DNA of 32,000 bases from Bifidobacterium longum subsp. longum JCM 1217 (GTDB lineage: Bacteria > Actinomycetota > Actinomycetes > Actinomycetales > Bifidobacteriaceae), in contig NC_015067.1 in assembly GCF_000196555.1 (NCBI RefSeq), positions 660,001 to 692,000 on the forward strand. The letters are read 5' to 3'. Both the position numbers and the translations under genes were made by a program. Of the stretch, positions 25,296-32,000 are shown piece after piece. A model generated the notes under the pieces. The model saw only the letters and a list, made by a program, of their open reading frames with translations, was not told where the DNA came from and ran no database searches. The number at the start of each line of letters is the position of its first letter. Positions within the stretch are counted from its first letter, which is position 1.

Positions 25296-26546
25296 ATGGC
25301 ACGAAGAACACACGGAAGCGGCAGCGTTTACCCGGAACGCACCGGAGGGTTTCGGGCGACGTGCGAGTTGCCTCCGGATCCGGCGACGGGGAAGCGGCGG
25401 CGTCTGGTGGCGCGTGGACGCACCAAGGCCATAGCGTTGAAACGTTTGAAGGACAAGAAGCTGGAGTATGAGCGCTCCGGTCGTATGCCGAGCCAGACGA
25501 CTCCATATTTGAAAGATTGGCTGGATAGGTGGTTGGATGAGATTGTCAAACCTCGTCTGCGTCCTTCGACGTTGGCGACATACAGAAGCACCGTCGAGGC
25601 GTTGATCAAGCCCGCGATAGGGGGCGTTCGGTTGGGCAGGCTGGAGCCGAAGCATTTTCGGTTGATGGAAGAGTACATCACCAAAGGCGATGACACATGC
25701 GATCCGCCGAGGAAGCCGCGAAGCAGCGCAACGGCGGGCAGTGCATGGCGGACGTTGCACAAGGCGCTCGACGATGCCGTGAAGGAGGGGATCATTGAGT
25801 CGAACCCGAGCGACCGTGCCGAAGCTCCGCGGGTTGTTTATACGGAGCGTAAGATTTTGACGCCGGTGCAGGCGGGGCAACTCATTAATGCCGAGAACGA
25901 TGTCATGTGGCATCTGATGTGGCGGCTCGCCTATGAGACGGGCATGAGGCAGGGGGAGCGTCTTGGTTTGACGAACTCCGAGATCCAGCTGATCGACAAC
26001 GCGGTATGCATCGTGGTCGAATGGCAGCTGAAGGTCTACAACAACGTGAAGGGCGTGCGGGACATTCCCAGTTCACTCGGCGCTCGACATGTGACGGGCA
26101 AGGCTTATCTGGTGCCTCCCAAGACGAATGCCGGAAGACGTGTGATCCCATTGCCCGAATCGCTAGCGGTTGAGTTGGGGCGGTACATCAAAGGTACCGG
26201 GCGAACAAATTCGGACGATCTGGTTTTCGTTCAGGCGGATGGAACGCCGCTGAACCGTATGATTGAGACCCGGGCGTGGAAGAAGGCGCTGAATCGAGTC
26301 GGACTGCCGGATGATTATGTGCCGCATTCCGCCCGGCACACGGCGGCGACGGCGATGGCCCAGTTGGGCATGAGCGACAAGGTGCGTGAATCCATCATGG
26401 GACATAGCGATATAAGCGTCACCAACCGCGTGTACACACATGTCGGTACGGCCGACGCATCCAAAGCCATCAACGGAGTCGAAACGCTGCTGGCGTTGGA
26501 ACCCGCGAATCCGCGGGTTCTAGATAGAAGTGCAACACCTGCCTAG
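25296..26546 (+). CDS. tyrosine recombinase / phage-type integrase (last 11 codons or so supplied by the inserted IS)
   Basis: N-terminal MARRTHGSGSVYPERTGGFRA...GKRRRL arm-binding-type start and a SAM-like core-binding region. The catalytic region has ETGMRQGE (R), HSARHTAAT (H-x-x-R) and MGHSDISVTNRVYTHV (H...Y). Confidence 0.9.
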   Translation: MARRTHGSGSVYPERTGGFRATCELPPDPATGKRRRLVARGRTKAIALKRLKDKKLEYERSGRMPSQTTPYLKDWLDRWLDEIVKPRLRPSTLATYRSTVEALIKPAIGGVRLGRLEPKHFRLMEEYITKGDDTCDPPRKPRSSATAGSAWRTLHKALDDAVKEGIIESNPSDRAEAPRVVYTERKILTPVQAGQLINAENDVMWHLMWRLAYETGMRQGERLGLTNSEIQLIDNAVCIVVEWQLKVYNNVKGVRDIPSSLGARHVTGKAYLVPPKTNAGRRVIPLPESLAVELGRYIKGTGRTNSDDLVFVQADGTPLNRMIETRAWKKALNRVGLPDDYVPHSARHTAATAMAQLGMSDKVRESIMGHSDISVTNRVYTHVGTADASKAINGVETLLALEPANPRVLDRSATPA

Positions 26547-27699
26547 GGTTGGAAGTGTCTAGGTTCCAGCTGGAGGTGTTGCACTCGTGGGTACATGTTA
26601 TTCGCACCTGTCCCCGGACGAGCGGATCAGGATCGAGAGGCTGCATTGCGAGCAGGGTCTGAGCGTCAGGGAAACGGCCAGGCTGGTCGGCCGGGACAAG
26701 GCCACCGTCAGCCGCGAGCTGAAACGGGGACTGTGGTTCGCGTCCAACGAGAACGAATCGTACCGCCCGTACCGGCCGCGGCGGCTGAAGACCGGCCCGT
26801 GGACGTCCATGCCGTTCTGCTCCGCCCTCGCGGCGCAGCGGAGGGCCGACCTGAGGCGCCACGGGTCCCGCAAACCGCGGCGCATGGACTCGGACCGGCT
26901 GCGCTCGTGGGTGATGGACGCGCTGCGCCGTGGATGGAGCCCCGGGCTGATCGAGGGCAGGCCGAAGCTGGAGTACCCCGGCGACCCCGTGATGCGGGTC
27001 AGCCACGAATGCCTCCACCAATGGATCCACGCCAAACCCCAGCGCGACCTGGACCTGCGCCAATACCTGCCGCGGGGCAGGAAGCGCCGCGCCAGACGGA
27101 AGGGACGCAAGGTCAGGGGGCCGCGCATCCCCATGCGCGTGGACATCGGCCAACGGCCCAGGGCTGTGGACTCGCGCGGGCAGTTCGGCCACCGGGAGTC
27201 CGACACCGTGATAGGCGCGGCCCCTCGCGCGTGTGCATCGACACGCAGGTCGAACGCAAAAGCCGCAGACCGTTCGCCCGCCTGATCCCCGACAAGAGCG
27301 CCATGGCCACCGCGCGCGCCGAATACGAGATCTACAGGGACCTGCCGCCCCGGGCGCGCATCGACCGGACCTGGGACAACGGCAGCGAGGCCTCCTGCCA
27401 CCAGCTGGTCGACGAGGCCCTGGGCATGCCCGCCTACTTCGCCGACCCCTACTCCAGCTGGCAGCGCGGAAGCAACGAGAACAGGAACGGCAGGATCCGC
27501 CGCTACCTGCCCAAGAAAACCCCGTTCGACGACCTGACCCAGGCCGAGCTCGACGACATCGTCAAGGAGACCGACGACACCCCCATGAAACAGCTCGAAT
27601 ACAAAACACCCAACGAGGCATGGGACGAGGAGATAACCCGACTACAATCGCAAAACACCAACCCAAGCACAAGCGTTGCACTTACAAGTTGAATCCGGG
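26512..27699 (+). mobile_element. IS30-family insertion sequence (about 1.16-1.19 kb)
   Basis: Imperfect terminal inverted repeats share the core AAGTGCAAC (26528-26536; complement of 27675-27683) and ...GGGTTGG. A 7-nt direct repeat GAATCCG lies at 26507-26513 and 27691-27697. It encodes an IS30-type DDE transposase. The ends are uncertain by about 15 bp. Confidence 0.75.
26587..27692 (+). pseudogene. IS30-family transposase, split by a frameshift near 27213-27226
   Basis: Frame 1 (26587-27285): YSHLSPDERIRIERLHCEQGLSVRETARLVGRDKATVSRELKRG...WSPGLIEGR...GHRESDTVIG. Frame 2 continues RVCIDTQVERKSRR...WDNGSEASCH...YFADPYSSWQRGSNENRNGRIRRYLPK. The switch falls in the ggcgcggcccctcgcgcg run. 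Confidence 0.8.
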
Positions 27700-27752
27700 T
27701 TTGACGAACCGTGTTTTCATGTAGGATAATTCCATGGGAGGTGGCATCGGCG

Positions 27753-28622
27753 ATGGGGTTGGTGGATAAGGTGAGACGGCTGTTGGGGCGTGATTGGGAG
27801 ATCGCCAACACGCGGCTTATGGAGGAACAATATTCGGCGTGCGACACGCTGCTTGCCGCGACGACGACGGATTATGCGGATGGGGCCCGCGCCCTTGCCC
27901 GCAAGTACGGACAGGATGGGCACGGGTATATGGAAGCGCATGGCGTCATCCTCCGTTCCGATCCCGATGACGAGGGGAACGCGGGCACCGTCCTCGTCGA
28001 GGGAAACCGCATCGGTCGGATTCCCCGCTATGTGGCCAGGCAGCTTGAATTCGGGCCTTCCGGCGAGGAGCCCGTCGTCATACGCATGTTCACCGAACGG
28101 ACGGCCAGGGGATTGCGCTGCGAGGCGTGGTACTGGTTCGGCCGTTCCGAACCACGCTGGTTCTATTCTCGGGACCATCGCCCTCCCATGACGCCCGAAG
28201 CCAAAGCCGAGGCCGCGCAACGGGACACGGAGCGTATGGTGGAGGAAGCTCTCGAAGAAGGCGGGCCACGCGCAGATTCCTTCCGGCTGGGCATGGTTGA
28301 TGGGACGCATTACCTGGAGACGGTCGAGCCGATCAAACAGCTCAAACGCGAAGACCGCCTCGAAGAGGCGCTTGACTTGTGCATGACAGCCATCCAAGGA
28401 GCCGAGAACGAGGCGCGGGCCGAAGGACATCAACCCGCTCCCTGGTATACGGAACAGGCCGCCATCATCCTCCGCAAACTCAAACGCCCCGATGAGGAGA
28501 AAGCCATCATCCAGCGCTGGATTGACGCCTGCCCAGAAGGATACATCAAAGCCAATCCCGACGAAACGCTTGTCGTCCGCCTCCGCCGCATACGGGAAAA
28601 GGAAAACGCCAAAAGATCCTAA
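27753..28622 (+). CDS. hypothetical protein with a weak HIRAN-like N-terminal segment and a helical C-terminal domain
   Basis: Protein-like composition and codon pattern; the opposite-strand 327-aa ORF is compositional junk. VILRSDPDDEGNAGTVLVEGNRIGRIPRYVARQLEF resembles the HIRAN core (weak, by eye). The start is taken at ATG 27753, after GGGAGG. Confidence 0.6.
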   Translation: MGLVDKVRRLLGRDWEIANTRLMEEQYSACDTLLAATTTDYADGARALARKYGQDGHGYMEAHGVILRSDPDDEGNAGTVLVEGNRIGRIPRYVARQLEFGPSGEEPVVIRMFTERTARGLRCEAWYWFGRSEPRWFYSRDHRPPMTPEAKAEAAQRDTERMVEEALEEGGPRADSFRLGMVDGTHYLETVEPIKQLKREDRLEEALDLCMTAIQGAENEARAEGHQPAPWYTEQAAIILRKLKRPDEEKAIIQRWIDACPEGYIKANPDETLVVRLRRIREKENAKRS

Positions 28623-28638
28623 TGCCGAGAAGACGCGC

Positions 28639-28681
28639 CTGTCATATGCGTGCCGTGCTGCCGGCGTCGTGCATATGACAG
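28639..28681. other. 11-bp perfect hairpin after the hypothetical gene
   Basis: ctgtcatatgc / gcatatgacag with a GC-rich 21-nt loop. No U-tract. Confidence 0.5.
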
Positions 28682-28722
28682 ACTCCCGCGGATCACGCAA
28701 CCATTCTCACGCCCGGCTTTAG

Positions 28723-29355
28723 CTGGCGTTCAGTGCTAGCGAATCGTCCGATTGGAATACCGCTTCTCTACTCGACATCGCAAGCTATAAGAACGGACTT
28801 GCCATGCAGCGGTTCAGGTCTGTAGAAGATGATCCCGGCCTCCCCGTACTAAAGATTCGTGAGCTTAGCCAGGGCTATTGCGGCAGTGACGCCGAGCGAT
28901 GCCGCAGCGACATTGACGAGTCGGTCACCATCCATGATGGAGACCTCGTGTTCTCCTGGTCTGGAACTCTTCTTCTCGACTTCTGGTCTGGAGGCAATGC
29001 TGGGTTGAACCAGCACCTCTTTAAGGTTACATCCGATGCTTATCCAAGCTGGTTCTATTACATGTGGACCAAGAAACACATGCGCCGCTTCATCATGCTG
29101 GCGAAGGACCGCGCAACCACCATGGGCCATATCAAGCGCAGTGCATTGCAGGAATCCAAGGTGCTCATACCCCCAGCAGACGTGATGGCTGAACTATCCG
29201 CAAAAATGCAGCCCATAGTGGACGAAATAATCGGCTTGAAGGTTCAATCTCGTAAGCTAGGCGAGCTTAGGGATGCGTTGCTTCCGAAGCTTATGTCAGG
29301 TGAAATTGACATCTCACAAGTCGAGTTACCTACAAAGTCAAATGAGATTGGTTAA
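28723..29355 (+). pseudogene. type I R-M specificity subunit (HsdS) fragment: one target-recognition domain plus a conserved C-terminal helix
   Basis: The frame is open from 28723 with no start codon. It reads ...SDWNTASLLDIASYKNGLAMQRF...GLPVLKIRELSQG...GDLVFSWSGTLLLDFWSGGNAGLNQHLFKV...TTMGHIKRSAL...IPPADVMAEL...LGELRDALLPKLMSGEIDIS. No hsdM or hsdR is present in the window. Confidence 0.75.
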
Positions 29356-29360
29356 TTGGC

Positions 29361-29877
29361 ATGAACATTGCAAAACTTTACAAGAAAGGTTCACACATGG
29401 ATATCAGGACCCTAATGAAGAGGCAATACAACGTCGAGCTTCGGATAGAAAGAGATGGCGAAAGCCATATTGAGCATGGCGTAGTGGGTGATGGAATTAT
29501 CTCTATGCCAGTTGATGCTGATATCCAGGAGCGTGACAAGATATTTCGTCAAAACAGTTGCGGGACGAATCAAAAGTGATTACCGTTACTCGCCGTATGT
29601 CTATAACTCTTTCGTGTTCCCCTCGAACAATCTAGAGAGTATTAAAGAAGCCGCATTAGCGGTTGTTAAATCTCGTGCGATATACACCGGCAAAAACCTT
29701 GCCGATATGTATGCAATAAAGAACAGATTCTTTTACCCGGAACTTATGCAAGCTCACCGAGAACTTGACGAACAAGTGATGGCGGGATACGGGCTACGTA
29801 GCGACAGCAATGAAGGACAGATTGTCGATATGTTGTTCGACTTGTATTTGCGGGTGACTGGCAAACGCGGTTATTAG
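29361..29877 (+). pseudogene. C-terminal fragment of an MmeI-family (type IIL/IIG) R-M enzyme or BREX-PglX-like methyltransferase, frameshifted
   Basis: GRIKSDYRYSPYVYNSFVFP...NLADMYA...PELMQAHRELDEQVMAGYGL...EGQIVDMLFDLY matches the conserved MmeI C-terminal region (GRLKSDYRYS..VYNNFPWP...LADLYDP...L.KAH..LD..V..AYG...ER...LF..Y). The upstream piece (29361-29579) is in another frame. Only about 170 of roughly 900 aa remain. Confidence 0.65.
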
Positions 29878-29903
29878 CCGGTATGGTCACCGATATGTTA
29901 GGA

Positions 29904-29942
29904 CGGCAGGAGTGACTGTTGTTGTTCCTGCCGCCTTTCTTA
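29904..29942 (+). terminator. intrinsic terminator after the MmeI-like fragment
   Basis: cggcagga / tcctgccg stem with a 14-nt loop, followed by CCTTTCTT. Confidence 0.55.
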
Positions 29943-29950
29943 TGTGGCTC

Positions 29951-30820
29951 TCAGTTGTCGTTCATGCCGAATTCAATTGTCCGAAGCACGCCCTTCCAGT
30001 AGGATTCCCGGTCAAGCACTGTATCACGGGACGCCTTCTTGTCGAATATTTCCAGAATCGAATATGAGAAGTTTCGGATGATGTGCTCTGCCCCGTACTG
30101 GTTCTTCAACTCGATCATCTCCTTGTTGCCGCCGGTCGGGTCGGAGAGGTTCGCGTAGGATGACCATCGTGTCCATAGGCCATCGGCGTCACTGGATGCG
30201 CTCCCCACGTATAGCCGTCCTGTGCTCCGGTCTGTAATCACATATACCGCCTTTACGCTGGATAGAGCGTCATGCCATTCCGGTTCGTTGTGGTTGATGA
30301 TGTCCTGTAACTCGCCGTGCGTGAGACACACGTGATCGTATCCGTTGAATGCTCCGAGCTTCGTCCGTGGCGAGATCTCATACACTTCAGGATCCAGTTG
30401 CGCCTGTATATTCGCGTATTTGCGTAGATACAAATCACGCCCAATGGGTTTGTTGAGACGAATTACAAGTCTTTTCCGATATTCGGAATACTCATCCATT
30501 AGAGTTAGCTCATATCCATATATGTTCCATTGTCCCGGGGCTGCATCTCGTACATGGTATAGACCGCCAAAGATGAAGTACTCTGGCCCATATCGATAGT
30601 ATTGGGCGAACGCGAACAAGTACTTCCTGCCTCCCATATTGCCGTTTGGTTGCTTGGTTTTCCAGGCGTTCATGATCAGCCAATCCGGGTCGTCATGTAG
30701 CAATAGATTCCATGCTGGTCGTGACCGGTCGTTCGGGTTCATGTTGAACTTAATCTTTGCCTGATCTGGTTTGTCGAAGTGGAACAGATCAGTGAGTTTT
30801 ATTGGCATTTGCTCTGTCAT
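29951..30820 (-). CDS. GIY-YIG nuclease domain protein with a 190-aa N-terminal domain of unknown function
   Basis: The C-terminal part reads KAVYVITDRSTGRLYVGSASSDADGLWTRWSSYA...GGNKEMI...FSYSILEIF...LDRESYWKGVL...FGMNDN. This gives GIY(VYV)-11aa-YIG(YVG) plus the conserved R, E and N. The start is taken at the second ATG (30820), 6 nt after AGGAG. Confidence 0.8.
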   Translation of the reverse strand: MTEQMPIKLTDLFHFDKPDQAKIKFNMNPNDRSRPAWNLLLHDDPDWLIMNAWKTKQPNGNMGGRKYLFAFAQYYRYGPEYFIFGGLYHVRDAAPGQWNIYGYELTLMDEYSEYRKRLVIRLNKPIGRDLYLRKYANIQAQLDPEVYEISPRTKLGAFNGYDHVCLTHGELQDIINHNEPEWHDALSSVKAVYVITDRSTGRLYVGSASSDADGLWTRWSSYANLSDPTGGNKEMIELKNQYGAEHIIRNFSYSILEIFDKKASRDTVLDRESYWKGVLRTIEFGMNDN

Positions 30821-30905
30821 TTTCATCTCCTAAGGTAACGTTTGAACTTTTCGTTTGTTGCAGAGTGCGCTACCGCGCCAGTTATAAAAGAAAACGTGAG
30901 TCTCT

Positions 30906-31439
30906 CTACCTGAGTATTTCGTAAATGAATCCGTCGTGTAGCTTGACGGCGATCTTGTCGTAGCGGGAGTCATCGGGGTGCTCTTCCATCGCATCGTGGG
31001 CGGCGCACAGTCGTTGGATGTCGCCACCGATCAGGTTCCGTTTGCTGAAGAGGTCACTGGCGTGCTTATGCATTGCCTTGGCGACGCTGTTCTTGCTGTC
31101 TCCTTGGTGGATTGCCCATGCGGCGACTACCGCCAGTTCATGGTCGAGGGCTTTCTTGAGTTCCGATATCAGCAGCACTTGGGCGACGTGATGGCATAGT
31201 CCGTTGTCGTACTCCGGAGACAGGGGCATCACTATGCGGCCGTTCTCTCGTTGTATTGGCATGACAGCCGTCTCTGCTTCCAGCTGTTTGGCTAAATCAG
31301 TGGACGCTTCATCGACTTGGTCGAGAAGATCGAGAACCATGTTGTGCATGAGTTTGCTGTAATAGGCGCTGTTCTCGATTTCCTTGAGAACTCGCATGTT
31401 ATCTCGCGTGTGTTTCTGCGGTGATTCCAGCCGTGCCAT
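30906..31439 (-). CDS. hypothetical 177-aa protein, first gene of the GIY-YIG module
   Basis: GAAGGGA lies 5 nt before ATG 31439. Helical, acidic composition. No domain I can name. There is a possible HTH-like stretch, GDSKNSVAKAMHKHASDLFSKR. Confidence 0.55.
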   Translation of the reverse strand: MARLESPQKHTRDNMRVLKEIENSAYYSKLMHNMVLDLLDQVDEASTDLAKQLEAETAVMPIQRENGRIVMPLSPEYDNGLCHHVAQVLLISELKKALDHELAVVAAWAIHQGDSKNSVAKAMHKHASDLFSKRNLIGGDIQRLCAAHDAMEEHPDDSRYDKIAVKLHDGFIYEILR

Positions 31440-31577
31440 AGGAGTCCCTTCTCCAGAACAATTCTATATGAATATGGTACCCAGAAAAACTTTGGGGAAT
31501 TAGCTGATTGACGAAAGGATGGACATCGTCAAGGGAGCGCACAGAGCGATCCCGAAAACCAGAAAGGCGGCGGTCAT

Positions 31578-31976
31578 ATGCCACGCAGGAAAAGCTATAC
31601 AACTGTCGAAGGATTTCAGAGCCTTGATCAGCATCTCATTGCCCAGCAGATGATTCCCCTGAGGGTTGATGCGAAGCAGGGCGATTGGGATGCCGAGACC
31701 AAAACCAATGCGCAGAAGACCAATGCGGACGGCGTACCCCAGTGGCTGATCCAGACCTTGTTCCAGCCAATCGACGGTGATGCAGAGCATGTGCCCGAGG
31801 TCGTGCCCGTTACCGTGACGGCCAAGGTGAAACCCGTCATCCGTGTGGGGGCTCCGGTGGAATTTGTTGGATTCGGCGCATGGGTTTACGTCTCCCACGA
31901 CAAGACTACGAAGCAGGTCACGTCGGTGAGGCGCAGCTTCATGGCCGCCGGGTTCAAACAGAACGGTGGTGAATGA
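31578..31976 (+). CDS. Pra / SCO3933-like protein (family annotated as plasmid replication, integration and excision activator in actinomycete integrative elements)
   Basis: The pattern ...DAETKTNAQKTNADGVPQWLIQTLF...VVPVTVTAKVKPV...GAPVEFVGFGAWVY...SFMAAG resembles remembered Pra/SCO3933 sequences (..D..TG.PLWQV.V......V.V.I.AK..P....PVEF.GL...Y....S..A.G). The start could be 31578 or 31650. Confidence 0.4.
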   Translation: MPRRKSYTTVEGFQSLDQHLIAQQMIPLRVDAKQGDWDAETKTNAQKTNADGVPQWLIQTLFQPIDGDAEHVPEVVPVTVTAKVKPVIRVGAPVEFVGFGAWVYVSHDKTTKQVTSVRRSFMAAGFKQNGGE

Positions 31977-32000
31977 TGATGGGGCGTAAGACCAGTATCA
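31973..32000 (+). CDS. start of the next island ORF (MMMGRKTSI...), truncated by the window end
   Basis: An ATG triplet run at 31973-31981 overlaps the previous stop (ATGA). Only 9 codons are visible. Confidence 0.2.

Larger units (their letters stand above)
25046..32000. mobile_element. integrative element (AICE-like or genomic island), left part; right end lies outside the window
   Basis: An AT-rich junction right after the terminator. It contains a tyrosine integrase, an IS30 element, R-M fragments, a low-GC nuclease module and a Pra/SCO3933-like gene. The neighbouring chromosomal gene (gusA) is truncated. Confidence 0.6.

Noticed and set aside
27213-27226. Programmed ribosomal frameshift in the IS transposase
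   Set aside because: IS30-family transposases are made from a single ORF. Programmed -1 frameshifting is a feature of IS1, IS3 and similar families. No slippery A/U heptamer is present. An indel in the C/G run, or a sequencing error, is the simpler explanation.
25197-27401. Minus-strand ORFs opposite the integrase and the IS30 transposase (25197-25913, 26470-27192, 26598-27401)
   Set aside because: They are antisense to genes with clear catalytic motifs, and their composition is R/P/A-rich junk.
27717-28700. 327-aa minus-strand ORF opposite the island hypothetical gene
   Set aside because: Its translation is R/G/P/F-rich with no helical or domain-like pattern. The plus-strand frame has normal protein composition and an SD.
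25296-29355. Phase-variable type I hsdS shufflon driven by the nearby integrase
   Set aside because: Only one hsdS fragment is present and there are no inverted hsdS repeats. No hsdM or hsdR genes are present. The recombinase is a large phage-type integrase 2 kb away, separated by an IS.
31500-31898. 132-aa and 70-aa minus-strand ORFs opposite the Pra-like gene
   Set aside because: They are antisense to a frame with family-like sequence, and they would overlap the divergent promoter region. Composition is not convincing.

Overview
High-GC (about 60%) actinobacterial chromosome segment. The EF-Tu, EF-G, S12 and S7 sequences and the gene content look most like Bifidobacterium; this is inference, no search was run.

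Layout, left to right:
- Core region: a partial threonine-aldolase-family gene (-), tRNA-His (-) and a BASS-family transporter (+). A 760-bp non-coding stretch follows, then the str operon rpsL-rpsG-fusA-tuf (+).
- An orphan DUF4391-like gene, then a LysR + YeiH pair.
- Minus-strand fluoride unit: fluoride riboswitch > crcB > crcB, with a GtrA-like gene downstream.
- A Zn-dependent alcohol dehydrogenase.
- A DUF4143-type AAA ATPase, flanked on both sides by decayed regulator genes (GntR-like, MarR-like). A 33-bp tandem palindromic repeat array lies over its promoter.
- A co-directional ArsR / UvrA-paralog / MATE / EndoIII-related cluster, closed by a 153-bp long inverted repeat.
- Two convergent hexapeptide acetyltransferases (one decayed), an AEC transporter and a truncated beta-glucuronidase remnant.
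- From about 25.05 kb to the window end: an integrative element. It holds a tyrosine integrase whose 3' end is interrupted by an IS30-family element with a frameshifted transposase. It also holds a HIRAN-like hypothetical protein, R-M gene debris (a half hsdS and an MmeI-family C-terminal fragment), and a low-GC two-gene module (unknown 177-aa protein + GIY-YIG nuclease with an unknown N-domain). A Pra/SCO3933-like gene typical of actinomycete integrative elements follows.

No CRISPR array and no rRNA were seen.

The best candidate for something undescribed is the 177-aa + GIY-YIG module in the island cargo. Secondary candidates are the UvrA2-centred cluster, the orphan DUF4391 gene and several unexplained repeat or structure elements.

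All family calls come from reading the translations, not from database searches.
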